In this document: positions 25,455-39,419 of the stretch, one piece after another | How the letters are laid out: each line of letters starts with the position of its first letter | How positions within the stretch are numbered: position 1 is the first letter of the stretch | Assembly: GCA_964016885.1 (NCBI GenBank) | Contig: OZ024742.1 | Coordinates: 206,026,001-206,090,000, forward strand | Reading direction: 5' to 3' | DNA length: 64,000 nucleotides | Source: Eledone cirrhosa | Lineage: Eukaryota | Notes under the pieces: model-generated | Seen by the model: the letters and a program-made list of their open reading frames with translations, nothing else | What the model was told of the DNA's origin: nothing | The model's database searches: none | Made by a program: the position numbers and the translations under genes

Positions 25455-26560
25455 ATCTCTTCGCCCTGCACAAGGTTAACCCCAGAACCACCGATGGGTT
25501 TCGGAGAAACTTAAGCTCGTTCTTCTCTAATCTAGGATTTAGTATAACTATAGAATCTAATATGACTAGGGCCAACTTCTTAGATGTCACTCTCGACCTA
25601 GATACTTCCCTCTATTATCCGTACCACAAACCTAACGAGTACCTTAGATATATTAATGTTAATTCTAACCACCCCAAGAACATCACAATGTCTCTATTAG
25701 AATCTCTGTCCTCTCTGCCATCGAAGATATTTTTAACGCCTCTGCCTCCTACTACAATGACTCCCTCGCCCGCAGCGGATTTAAAGAAAAGATAACCTAC
25801 CTAGAAACCACCACAAGATACAGAGGAGGAATAGGCATAGGCAGATTAGCTGGTACAACCCTCCCTTCAATAGAGAGGTCTCTACACCGATAGCTAGGAT
25901 TTTCTTCACTTTGCTGAAAACACACTTCCCCATACAACATAGGTACTACACCATCTTTAATAAGAACACAATAAGACTCTCCTACTTCACCACACCTAAC
26001 CTAGCTAGGAATATAGCCAACCACAATTCTAAAAAAATAAATAAGCCAACCAACTCCGAACCCAATCGCCGGACTGGGGCCTTGTGTAATTGCCTAAATA
26101 AGGAAGCCTGCCCACTTGAAAACAATTGCCTGACAAATGATATCGTATACAAATGCGATTTCATCTCAGGCACCGATGATTGCAATAACAAAAAGACTTA
26201 CATCGGCATGACCTCCAATAACTTTAAGACCCGTTGGTATGCCCATACCCACTCCTTTAGTAAACCGGACAAATCAAACCAGACAACACTCGCCTCCTAT
26301 GTTTGGGACCTCAAAAGGAGCTCCACCCCCTTCACGCTTAAATAGAAAATACTCCAGAAAGCGCGCTCTTAGAACGGAGGACACAAGGGGTGCGACCTTT
26401 GTATCTCAGAGAGGTATGAAATTTTATTCGCCAAGGGCCCGCTACTGACTAAACTCTCTGAACACTGCCCGAACTGCATGCACAAGAACTATGCAACTTT
26501 CAAATACCTTAAGCCAGTCTTAATGCCCGATGGCTAAAAACGACTTCCCCCTTTTAGCCC
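25455..26560 (+). mobile_element. PLE fragment (Nematis-like), RT thumb + GIY-YIG, decayed
   Basis: NFLDVTLDL, YHKPN..YINVNSNHP, CNC..CPL..CL..IVY..YIGMT..FKTRW..H. Confidence 0.85.
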
Positions 26561-26639
26561 CTCTACCTCCCCCCCCCCTCAATCTGCAATACGACCACTA
26601 TGGTTATGTGAGTACCTCTGCCTGTAGAGCTGTTTTTAT

Positions 26640-27342
<703 letters not shown>

Positions 27343-27490
27343 GATTTTGAGTTTATGTTGGTTGTATACCAACACCTCAGTATGCAGGCTGGAGCACTCG
27401 ACGAAGTGCGCAGGTTGGTTTGGTTACTCCGGAGTAGTGTAAAATAAAGTTAAATAAAAGTCAAATGATTAAAATTTAGCTTCGTTTATT

Positions 27491-27545
27491 ACTGCTATAT
27501 ATATTTCAGTGACAGCCATCTTTGGCTGTGACCTCTTCAGGCAGT
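27491..27545 (-). ncRNA. Type I hammerhead ribozyme
   Basis: actgc CTGAAGA ggtcacagcca-aaga-tggctgtcact GAAA tatata TA gcagt. Confidence 0.85.
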
Positions 27546-27658
27546 TTGAATTAGTATGGTATAGACAAGTACATATGTTGTTTAGGTGTATGATATTGTC
27601 AATACTCTGATATGCCCAGTTCCTTGTTGGGTTGTTAATTCACTGGGGAACTGGAGTC

Positions 27659-27759
<101 letters not shown>

Positions 27760-27860
27760 ATATATGTGTGTGTGTATATACACACACACATGTATACACA
27801 CATACACGCATATATATATATATATATATATATGTATAATGAATGAATATATATATATAT

Positions 27861-28460
27861 ATAATGAATGTTCGGTGAATCCATACGTACATATATATAT
27901 GTGCGCATGTATGTATATATACATACTACTGTACGTCTGTATACATATATGTATGTACGTATACATACTTATATTTAAGTAACAGCCGTACTAAGAGTGA
28001 GAAATGAAATTTCGTTTCATTTTTTCCGTTTATCGTTTTCGGTACCCCGGCCGATTAACTCACTCGATATGCAAATTAGGCTGTTCAGCCGTTAATATGC
28101 ATAAGGAAAGTATATACTTTCAGACGTTCAACCATCTGGCAGGAAGGTATACGTTGCTGACGATAGCTAATAAGCTTGAAACTAGTACAGCGTTCCTTTG
28201 TCAGTGTTGAACAAATGAGCAACGATGGTTGTTAGACACTGTACGGCTTAATTCTGGATGTTTGTTTACAAACACACCGAGCATTATAATGAATGTTCGG
28301 TGAATCCATACGTAGATATATATATGTGTGCATGTATGTATATATATATATACAAACTACTGTACGTCTGTATACATATATGTACGTATACATACTTATA
28401 TTTAAGTAACAGCCGTACTAAGAGTGAGAAATGAAATTTCGTTTCATTTTTTCCGTTTAT
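27861..28460 (+). repeat. ~425-bp unit with ~170-bp terminal redundancy, containing one hammerhead
   Basis: 27861-28032 repeated at 28286-28460. Confidence 0.85.
28151..28193 (+). ncRNA. Type I hammerhead ribozyme
   Basis: acgttg CTGACGA t-agct-aata-agct-t GAAA ctag TA cagcgt. Confidence 0.85.
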
Positions 28461-28933
28461 ATATATATATACATATCTCTTACTGCTCCCTCGTTCTCTC
28501 TGTTTCTCTTACTTTCTTTCGTCCCCTCTGCCATGTCAGTTAACTCTTTCTCTCTACTGACCTCTTCCTCGCACTCCCACTCACTCAGTTCGCTGGGAAA
28601 ACGGTTTTCATTCTTTCTCACACCGGATTCACTAGCGTAAGGTGTGTTTTCTGACTCGCTCATATATTCACACAGCTTATACTGAAAGAATAACTATGTT
28701 GCTTGTGTTTATTTCCATCTTCAGTTAGCTTCCCCCTGTGTTGTTTACTTGTCTCACTCGCTTTACGCGTTTCTATTGTCCTAATAACTTATTTTAGTTA
28801 TTATCGCTCCAACGTGAGGTATATTATTTTTAATGCGATGAAATACCAATGATCGTTTGGTAAATCACTGATGAGGGACTCATTTTATAACATGTTATCA
28901 ATGTGCAACCAGCAGTATTCTTCTCACCCATAT

Positions 28934-28993
<60 letters not shown>

Positions 28994-28997
28994 AATG

Positions 28998-29123
<126 letters not shown>

Positions 29124-29603
29124 TGTGAGTGCGCGCGCGAGTGTGAGTGTGTGTGTTTGTGAATGTGTCTGTTGACATTTGGAATATAGCTTAAGAGAAA
29201 CTTGAAGATAATGGTATGATAGGCACTCAATATTTTGAACTGGTCTATAGAATTCTCTAGGCCTTTGTCACTCTAAGTAGAACCTTAAAGAATTAGCTTT
29301 TAAAGAATTTCTCTTTTCTTTAAATCCATCAACCATGACTGACCCCCAACGATCTTATAGACACCTGAAATATAGGCATTGTTAGCTTAAGAGAAACTTA
29401 AAAATAAGGAGTGGCACCCCATTCTGAACTTGTTTATAGAATTATTTCTGCCTTTGTTACTCTAAATATAAATTATAGCTTTCAAGAATTAGCTTTTAAT
29501 GAATTCCCTTTTCTATCAACCAATGACCTCTACCCATCCCACTCCCTACCCTCTCCTACCATCTGAAGAGGCCTATAAATACCATATTTATTTTTTGATA
29601 CCC

Positions 29604-29654
29604 AGATTCCAGATGATTTCTAAAGAATGAAACAGTTCTAGTCCTGTAGAATCT
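29604..29654 (+). ncRNA. Hammerhead with one core substitution (CAGATGA); homolog of 32391
   Basis: agattc CAGATGA t-ttc-taaa-gaa-t GAAA cag...ctg TA gaatct. Confidence 0.65.
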
Positions 29655-29736
29655 CATCTATATTAAAACTTTTATTCTCTGCTATGTATTGAGTACCTTA
29701 CTTACTGTAGTTACCTCCGATTCAACCCGGAATAAC

Positions 29737-29771
<35 letters not shown>

Positions 29772-30100
29772 AAACATGAGAAGAAAGAAGAATACTGCGT
29801 GGTTTGCACATGGGTTACATATGATAAAAATAGTCCTTCGTCAGTGATTTTCCAACCATCATTGGTATTCCATCGCATTAAAAATCAGATACCTCAGGTT
29901 GGTGCGAGCAATAACTAAAAAAAGTTATTGGGACCAGAATTCGCGTAAGGCGAGGGGGACAAGTAAACAACATAGAAGGATAAAAGCAAACCGAAGATAG
30001 GAAAATAAACAAGCAACATGGTTGTCCGGTCAGCATAAGCTGGGTGGATTTCATGAGCGAGAGAGGTACAGACCGTGTTGATGTGTGTGAGATGTGAGCA

Positions 30101-30193
<93 letters not shown>

Positions 30194-30255
30194 TATATAT
30201 ATGTATATATATATATGAATATATATATATGTATATATATATGAATATATATATG

Positions 30256-30299
<44 letters not shown>

Positions 30300-31629
30300 T
30301 TTTGAGTTTATGTTGGTTGTATACCAACACCTCATATGCAAACTATGCCTGAACGAGACCCTCGAGATAATAAGAGGTGGAAGCGGCCTGATAAACCTCA
30401 GAACCGACTTCTTCGGGGCATGCAGACACCTTAGAGCCGGGACCTTTCTCAAGATATATGGACAGTAGCAACACAAGAAGATGTGAACTCCCCTCAAGCT
30501 ATAGGGACTTCTACAGAACATGAAAACACCTCTCGGCCAGACCTCCCTCAAGCTATATGGGCAATAACAACACCCTAGGTTGTGAACTCCCCTCAAGCCA
30601 CAGGGAACAACCCAGGCGGAGCAGACACCATGATAGCCTAGAGATAGAATCGGACACAGCCATAATCGGACACAGCCATAATAATTTGGCCAACATCTAT
30701 AACACTTTTAATTTACCAGATTTCTGACTTTCAAGTTCCAATCTTAAATCTTGATTTCTCTTTATTAATTTGTTATTTGTTTTCTGCCCTCTTCACTGTA
30801 TCACCTTATATTTATTTTAAGTTGAGATGGATTATAACACAAAGACATTTAGTTTGAATATCTCATCTTAACATCTTGTCTCATACCAATCTATCCAACA
30901 TATTCTGACCTTGAGATTGGTTATAGCACACACACACTTTATCCTACATTATTTCTCACTTCTCCATATTCATTTTCATTACTTTTTCACCAATCTCTCA
31001 TTTATTCTTTATTCTTTATTCTCTATTAATTTATTTATTTTCAAATTACACAAATTATATTAATTATTTTATTATATTATTTATTTATTTTCTGTTTTCT
31101 TCATTTATTGCCTTATATTTCTTCATATACATGGAAGAACCCCCGACCACCACCACCACTACGATGGTGGCGGGAGGGATGAAGAAAAAACACAAACTGG
31201 ATACTTCTAAATTGTTAGCAGCAGTAAGATATAAGCTGACCACTACACCAACAACAGTACCAAAATAATGGTGGAGGTCAAATGTACTGAACAATAGCAG
31301 GCAAAAACACTACAGGGAGCCTCACCCCAGAAAGAATTCTATAGACTTCTGACTGAGGAATGCTCTCAGAACTGACCAATGGGAAGTTTGACACTTTTTT
31401 TGTTATTTTGTTCCTTTAACACCTTGTCCCTTCTACCATTTTATCAATTTTTAAGCTAACTCCAACAATAACAACACTTAGAATGAGGAATGTTCTAATA
31501 ACTGACCAATGAGAGGAGAAGGGGACCTTTGACACTGAAATTCGTTTGTTTGAATTCATATGACTCCAGTTCCTCAGTGAATTAACAATGCGTTATGGTC
31601 CACCTGGTTCCTTACCACATTTCCTTCGT

Positions 31630-31681
31630 TGTATATATATATATAAATATATATATATACATATATACATATATATATACA

Positions 31682-31719
<38 letters not shown>

Positions 31720-31720
31720 T

Positions 31721-31797
<77 letters not shown>

Positions 31798-31816
31798 TAC
31801 ACACACTCTTACACAA

Positions 31817-31849
<33 letters not shown>

Positions 31850-31954
31850 TATACATATACACATATATATACACATATATATATATACATACTTACACAC
31901 ACTCACACACATACATATACACATACATATATACATATATACACACATATATAC

Positions 31955-32001
<47 letters not shown>

Positions 32002-32038
32002 TACATATACACACACACATACATATGTATACACATAT

Positions 32039-32069
<31 letters not shown>

Positions 32070-32175
32070 CATATATATACATACATATACATACATACAC
32101 ACATATATATACACACGTACACATATATACTCATATACATATATATATATACACATACACACACACATATATATT

Positions 32176-32241
<66 letters not shown>

Positions 32242-32258
32242 CATATATATATATACAC

Positions 32259-32337
<79 letters not shown>

Positions 32338-32380
32338 CATATACATACACATACACATACATTTACATATACACACACAC
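31630..32380. repeat. Compound (TA)n/(CA)n microsatellite
   Basis: Direct reading. Confidence 0.95.
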
Positions 32381-32390
32381 ATTGACAGTC

Positions 32391-32441
32391 GGCTTCCTGA
32401 TGATTTCCTTCGAATGAAACAGTTCTAGTTCTGTAGAAGCC
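32391..32441 (+). ncRNA. Type I hammerhead ribozyme
   Basis: ggcttc CTGATGA t-ttc-cttc-gaa-t GAAA cag-ttctagtt-ctg TA gaagcc. Confidence 0.85.
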
Positions 32442-32483
32442 ATTTCTATATTAAATATATATATATATATATATACATATATA

Positions 32484-34997
32484 CAGTGGGTCCTCGATAT
32501 ACGGTAGTTCTTTATCCGGTAAATTCACAGATACGGTTTTGGGTAATTACTACCATCAATTCTATTTACGGTTAAAAAAATTCACAGTTGCGGTTTTTGG
32601 TCGTGTTTTATTTATATCGTACCGTAGCGCCACCTGTAGTAAGCAATAAATTCCCCCTTGAATTCGTGGAAACTCACCGCTATTCGAATTCTAGGAAAAT
32701 TGTGTTACTACTGCTATCCTATTAACTGACCTTACCGAGAAACTGGCCAGTCACGAGCGAGTTCAGATATCGGTCGATGACGTCATAACACTTAACTTAT
32801 CACTTCAGTTCGGTAAACTAACGCGTCCTCTCAGTGAGAGAATTTTTGCCGAACTGAAGTGATCAGTGAAGGGTTCTGACGCCATTCAAAGTAAGAGAAA
32901 ACCCGACAGCGTATTTTGGGAGCATAATTATCACGGCATATCTTATAGCCCCATATCTCATGGCCCCAAAACGTCCTGCGAATATTGCTGATGCAGATGG
33001 AAAGGCCAAACGCATGAGGAAGAGCCGGACTTTGGAGATAAAGCTGGACATTTTGAAAATGAAGGAACAGGGGCAAGGTACGTCCGCCATAAGTCGTAAC
33101 TTAGGCCTAGCCCAGTCTACAGTCTGGACTGTTTTAAAAAATAGTGAGGCTGTCTTAAAAGCTGGGGAGAATGCTACGAGTCTACAGAGTAAATTGTTGA
33201 CCAAACATCGTGAGCCGATTATGGATAGGATGGAAAAGTTGCGCAAAATTTGGATCGACGACCAAAAACGTCAAAATATGCCTCTGTCTTTAAATGTAAT
33301 CAGTGAAAAAGCATTGTCCATTATTGACAGGCTCAAGACTGAAATGGGGGTGGAGGACTTTGTATTCAAGCCAAGCAAAGGCTGGTTTGATAAGTTCAAA
33401 CGACGTTCGAGTCTTCACAACATAAAAGTGTACAGGTGAGGCTGCCAGTTCCGACAAAGAGAGTGCTGAAAATTTTAAAGCAGAGTTAGAGAAATGCATT
33501 GCACAGAAGGGGTCCAGCAAAAAACAGGTTATTAAGTATGATGAAACAGGACTTTATTGGAAAAAGTTGACCAGTAATACTTATATTGACAAGGAGGAGA
33601 AAAGTGCGAAGGGGTTCAAAGCCTCCAAGGACCGTGTTACTCTGTTACTTGGAGGGAATGCAGAAGGAGATTTAAAGCTAAAGCCACTCATTATCTACCA
33701 TTCTGAAAACCCAAGAGCACTCAAGGGGTTACTTAAGCAATACCTACCAGTGATATGGAAGTCTAATAAGAAGGCATGGCTGATCACTTCAATTCACCAG
33801 GATTTTTTTCCCTCATATCTGTCACCAACCTTTAAGGAATATGCATTAGCTAACAACATTGCCAACCGTTTTCTGCTATTAGTGGACAACGCCCCCAGCC
33901 ACCCACGGGCAATGGAAGACTGGTAAGAAATTATTGAGGTTTTGTTTCTTCCCCCAAACACCACAGCTCTCATTCAGCCGATGGATCAACCAGTCATCAA
34001 AACATTTAAGGCATACTACCAGCGGAGAACCATGCAGTAGCTGATAAGGGGCACAGATGGGCATGACAAGCCCACGATCAGGGAATGGTGGAAATTGTAC
34101 AACATCAAGTACCGCTTAGACAACATCAAGGCATCTTGGGAAGAAGTGAAGCAGTCTACCATGAACTTGGCCTGGAAGAAATTATGGCCTGCATGTGTGA
34201 ATGACTTCCAACGCTTTGCTGAGGACATTGGTGCGATAAAAAAAGATATTGTAAATCTCTGCCATAGAGCTGGCTTCGATGGTGTTAATGATGATGATGA
34301 TGTGCATGACCTTTTGGAAAGCCACGCTGAACCACTATCCAATGATAAACTCATAGAACTAGACAAGGCGATACAGGAGACAGAAAAAGAAGAAGAGGAG
34401 GAAGAAGAACCTGTGTGTGGCTTGGACATAAAAACTCTAAGAGAATGTCTCGGGAGTATCGAAACAATCTTAGAAACCCCGAAAGAGCGTGACCCCAACC
34501 CTGCTAGGAGCAGCAAAGTGGCTCAAGACGTCAAGAAAAGCGTCAAGATTTACCAAGAAATGTATGAAGTCAAAAGAAACACAGCCAAACAGTCCTCCAT
34601 CTACTCTTTCTTCAAGCCAGTCACACCTGCCAACCGTGCTACAGCTGGCCCTTCAAAATCCACTGCAGTTAACGAGTTTGTTGGTTTTGAGCCTCCCACA
34701 TCACCTTCATCCTCCCCTGCCAACTCAGCCCAAGATGAGTGAGGGCTGAAACCCATACTGTCCCTTAGCCTCGGAAGGGACAAATGAAGAGGCACATCAT
34801 CTGATGGACTACGCGGCATGTATAAGGTACAGTAAATTAAAAAAAAAAACATTATTTCTTTTCTATAGGGATGAATTTTTCGATGTGCTGGAACGCATCC
34901 TTATCTATTTCATGTCATAATGGGTTCTTTATACGGTAATTCGATATACGGTAAGGGTTTCAGGAACGCATATATACCGTATATCGAGGACTCACTG
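32484..34997 (+). mobile_element. Full-length Tigger/pogo DNA transposon
   Basis: TIRs CAGTGGGTCCTCGATATACGGT / ACCGTATATCGAGGACTCACTG (1 mismatch), TA flanks. Confidence 0.93.
32960..34742 (+). pseudogene. Tigger/CENP-B-like transposase broken by frameshifts and stops
   Basis: HTH-psq, SKGWFDKFKRR, DETGLYWK, KDRVTLLLGGNA, LLVDNAPSH, PPNTTALIQPMDQ. Confidence 0.9.
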
Positions 34998-35009
34998 TAT
35001 ATATATATA

Positions 35010-35130
35010 GTGAAGGCGTGTGGCTGAGTGGTTAGAGAATTGGATTCACAATCGTAAGGTTGTGAGTTCGATTCCTGGACCAGGCGATGCGTTATGTCCT
35101 TGAGCAAGACACTTTATTTCACGTTGCTCC
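35010..35130 (+). mobile_element. tRNA-derived SINE head, second family
   Basis: A-box TGGCTGAGTGG, B-box GAGTTCGATTCC. Confidence 0.8.
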
Positions 35131-35226
35131 TTCTACCTGGAGTTGCGACCGATAGATAGTATTAGCAATTGGAAAGACCAACGGAAACATTGTTCCCTCG
35201 GTCCGATTTGACGAAAGTCGATCGTT

Positions 35227-35311
<85 letters not shown>

Positions 35312-35322
35312 CGTAAAATAAG

Positions 35323-35913
35323 AAAATTATAAAATTAACTTACTTACTAAAATTTCACTCCCAACTAATTAGTTTCTGAAATGGAATAAATATACTTTCC
35401 GAAGAAAATATTGAAAAGCATTTCGTCGTCAGGGAAGACTATTCTCAGCTAAGTATCCAGGCAAAGCGTGGACTCTGGAAACTTATACAAAAATAATTCA
35501 GTGGATAGAAAATAGTAAAGCGTGGACTGAATTCCTAGCCATTGAGAAAATCACTGCCTCTGCGTCGGTGGCAAATTCAAAAAAGAATTAATCACGTGAC
35601 ATCGAGGTCAATCAGTGGAAAGTGGTTTGTTAATAAGACAGCGGCCTGCCTGCTACCATAGCAGCAGTCTTGGCCAATATTGCTCGACAAATAATTTGGA
35701 GATAATTATAAAGAATTAATATCTAGTAACATATATATACATACAGATGCATATCAATGCTAGCAAATATATAGGTTTTGTCTTAGTAACTTTGTGGTTC
35801 AATGCATGGGGTTGCAGAACAATAATATGAGAGACGTAAAATAAGAAAATTATAAAATTAACTTACTTACTAAAATTTCACTCCCAACTAATTAGTTTCT
35901 GAAATGGAATAAA
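35323..35913 (-). repeat. ~503-bp unit with ~88-bp terminal redundancy; homolog of 50905-51598
   Basis: 35323-35393 region repeated at 35826-35913. Confidence 0.8.
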
Positions 35914-36019
35914 TGGGTTCTTTATACGGTAATTCGATATACGGTAAGGGTTATATACATATACAGTTCAAGAGTAACCAATCTTAAAGAGAGTTTGTGG
36001 TCTTGTTTTGCTTAACTAA

Positions 36020-36091
<72 letters not shown>

Positions 36092-36129
36092 TATATTATA
36101 TGATAAAATAAAATGACATCATCTTCTCT

Positions 36130-38280
36130 TTATATATAACTTGCTCCTTTCGAGGCGGACCTTCTTGACTTAGTCGCTAACATTTCCTTTCGCAAACACT
36201 CTAACACCTTTCAAACTAAATAGAAATAATATTAAGAAATTTAGGTCTTCTAACAACACTTTCGTTCTTTCCGACAAAACTAATAATATTTACGAAGTCG
36301 ACAACACCACTTTCCGCCACCTGGCCCATAACGCTACTTCTTCCAAATATAAGAAAGCTAACCCTATGGCCTACCACGACATTAATACAGAAGCCAAAGA
36401 ACTTGCCGCCGCCCTTAAAGTAGATAAGAAGCTACAATCTCTAGCTAAGCGGAAGGCATTCCTCACCCTGAAAGATCACAAGGTAGACTTTACTTCTAAC
36501 CCCACATGTAAATTAATAAACCCGGCACGCACAGACATGGGACTAGTCAGTAAGGCCATACTTAGAAACATAGTTAAGACCATTAGGACCAAGTCCAACC
36601 TGTCCCAGTGGGAGAACAGCGACTCCGTAATTAAGTGGTTTAACTCCTTCAAATCCAGAAAAGCGAATTTCACACAGTTTGACATTGTTGATTTTTACCT
36701 GTCGATCTCAGAGACAAAGCGTTGGACTTTGCTACCACTTACACTACCGTCGATGGTTTAGACAGGGAAACCAACGCTCACTGCCGGAAAACCCTCCTCT
36801 TCAACAACGGAGTAGCCTGGGCAAAGAGGTCAACAACTTCAGACCTATTCGACGTCTCCATGGGATCGTTTGACAGTGCTGACGTATGCGACTTGGTTGA
36901 CCTATTTATTTTAGACATATTACGTGTTAGATTCCCTGACTTCCACACGGGAATATACCGCGACGATGGACTGACCTTATCGAGCCATAAAAGTGGTCAC
37001 GACCTCGACCGGTTTAAAAAAGACTTAGCTTCTACCTTCAATGAGTTAGGACAGTAGCTACCAACCTCTCTAGCTTAGATTCCTTAGACATTAATTTAGA
37101 CCTTCGCACACACACCTACAGACCCTTCCATAAGCTAAACGAAAAACTCAATTACATTCACACGCTCCCACTGTTTTTAGAAACTTCGTAAATAATATCA
37201 GTACTAGAATCTCAAACCTCTCCTCTAATAAGGTTATCTTTGATAGGGCGGCACCCTACTATAACACCGTGTTAGCTAACAGCGGCTTCTCGCACCCTAT
37301 CACTTACTCTCCCACTAACAACAACAGCAATAAAAAAAGAAAGCGTAACAATAGACAAATTATCTGGTTCTCTCCCCCCTTCTTACTCAACGTTAAAACC
37401 AATGTAGGCAAAAAATGTCTAGCCCTCTTAGATAGACACTTTCCCATAGGTCATAAATACCGCTCCATCTTTAACTGACACAAAGTAAAACTAGGATACT
37501 CCTGCGCTAAGAACATGAAGGCCCACATCACCAACAGCCCTAAGAGCAACATTCCACCAGGGTGCTCTTGCCGTAAGCCCGAAGCTTGTCCCCTTCAACA
37601 GCAATGCAACACACTCGATGTAGTTTATGAAGCTGTGGTCACTTCCAACCGACCAAATCAACCACAGAAGGTCAAAACCTATGTGGGTATGGCGGAGGGC
37701 CTATTTAAGGAACGCTTCTTGAACCACCAGTCGACCTTTAGCTACCCGGACAAACGATTATCCACAAAACTCGCGAGCCACGTATGGTCCCTCAAGGACT
37801 CAAGTATAGACTACTCCATTCAATGGAAAGCCATCACTAAGTCCAAGCCATACGCAAGGGGCAATCCGTCGTGTGGACTATATATTGATGAACGAATAAA
37901 TATTCTAAAGAGATTACGCAATAAATAATGATTGCCTAAACACGAGAAATGAATTCTTCACACGTTGTCCACACGCCTGGAAAAACCTCTTACATAACTA
38001 CAAAGCGCCGGATTGAATTACAAAAACATCCTAATTTTCTTATCAACTAGAAACTTTCGGACTTTCGCAGTTATCTCCCTTACACCTCTCGCACGCTTTT
38101 TAGTATTGCCTGTGTGAAGTGATCGTTTCTGCGCATGCGCGTTCGTACGGTTGTCCTTCCTGTTCCGTATAACGAGCTGAGGATCCGCTAAGGTGAAACA
38201 AGTGTTCTCGGTATGGTGAACTAACTGTTGTATAACCACTTCTACCTACCTCTAGGGATATTACCTTCCAGTGTTCTACC
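36130..38280 (+). mobile_element. PLE (Nematis-like), decayed RT + GIY-YIG with 3' hammerhead
   Basis: LKDHK..CKLINPA, QFDIVDFY, SMGSFDSA, IYRDDGL, VVYEA..YVGMA..FKERF.NH. Confidence 0.88.
38165..38216 (+). ncRNA. Type I hammerhead in PLE 3' repeat
   Basis: ccgtat-aa-cgag CTGAGGA t-cc-gctaa-gg-t GAAA caagtg TT ctcg-gtatgg. Confidence 0.78.
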
Positions 38281-38291
38281 ACTATATATAA

Positions 38292-38341
<50 letters not shown>

Positions 38342-38345
<4 letters not shown>

Positions 38346-38525
38346 GTTTCAACTTTTGGCACAAGGCCAGAAATTATTCCAGTACATTACTGATACTTTA
38401 TTTCATCGACCCCGTAAGGATGAAAGGCAAAGTGAACCTCGGCGGGATTTGAACTCAGATTATAAAGGGGCGTAACTCTAGATTGCAAAGCATGGAGTCC
38501 GACCTTCTACTGATACTGCCAATCT
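38342..38525 (-). mobile_element. SINE, same family as 2797-3392
   Basis: Reverse-complement match. Confidence 0.85.
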
Positions 38526-38668
38526 GACGGACCCAGCATATTTATCAATGCCAGGACAGACCGGTTGTATCTCAGCGTACTCCATGGGCAATAAGATAAC
38601 ATTCTCAGAGTATACACATAGTTATTCGCTTCAATACAACACACGTAAAACGGGTACCTATAATAGTT

Positions 38669-38779
38669 CCCGGACTCGAGTATCGGCCACACTTAATGCA
38701 GCAGTAGGGTGCAGTGCACCCTCTGTCTGCATATATTATGCAATAATGCATAATCGGTGTATTTGGCTTCATCAGCGGG
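38669..38779 (-). ncRNA. Long-stem-II hammerhead, GAAA mutated to GATA; homolog of 17353
   Basis: cccg CTGATGA a-gcca...tggc-c GATA ctcgag TC cggg. Confidence 0.65.
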
Positions 38780-39119
38780 TATCGCCTAATCAATGACCAA
38801 TCGATCGACAGAATCCAAAACCCAGCCCATGCCGGCTATGATTGTTTGTGACGGCCGACACAGTAAAGTGATTTGCAACTGGACTCCGATACAATTCTGT
38901 CCCTCGACCAGCCACCGATTTACAAACTTTACGTGGTGGCGGGAGAATAGAAAACAAATCTTTTCGTTCACATCAAAAGCCCTCAGCCAACGTGTCTCAA
39001 ACACAAATTGATAAGAATTGAAAAGATGGTTATTAGAAATAGCGGTCCCACATCGATGTATAATAGAATGGTAGCATTCGGCTCATGTCTCCAAGTCCCA
39101 TGGCTAGAGGAAAGCGATA

Positions 39120-39222
<103 letters not shown>

Positions 39223-39419
39223 TATAGATATATATAACGTAATCATCTTGATGTGGACTCCTTTAATACCTATTAATAGACTCCACTCTAGCTTGGAGAT
39301 GTGATACATAATTGATTTATATTTGAGACGGGGGTTGTCTATTACCTGATGGCCAGACTAGTGCGTTTATATGAGAGATCGAATCTCCGGACCATACCGA
39401 AGATTTTCTGGAGATGCAG

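Noticed and set aside
35010-35085. tRNA gene
   Set aside because: A and B boxes continue into a SINE body repeated at 16325; no complete cloverleaf
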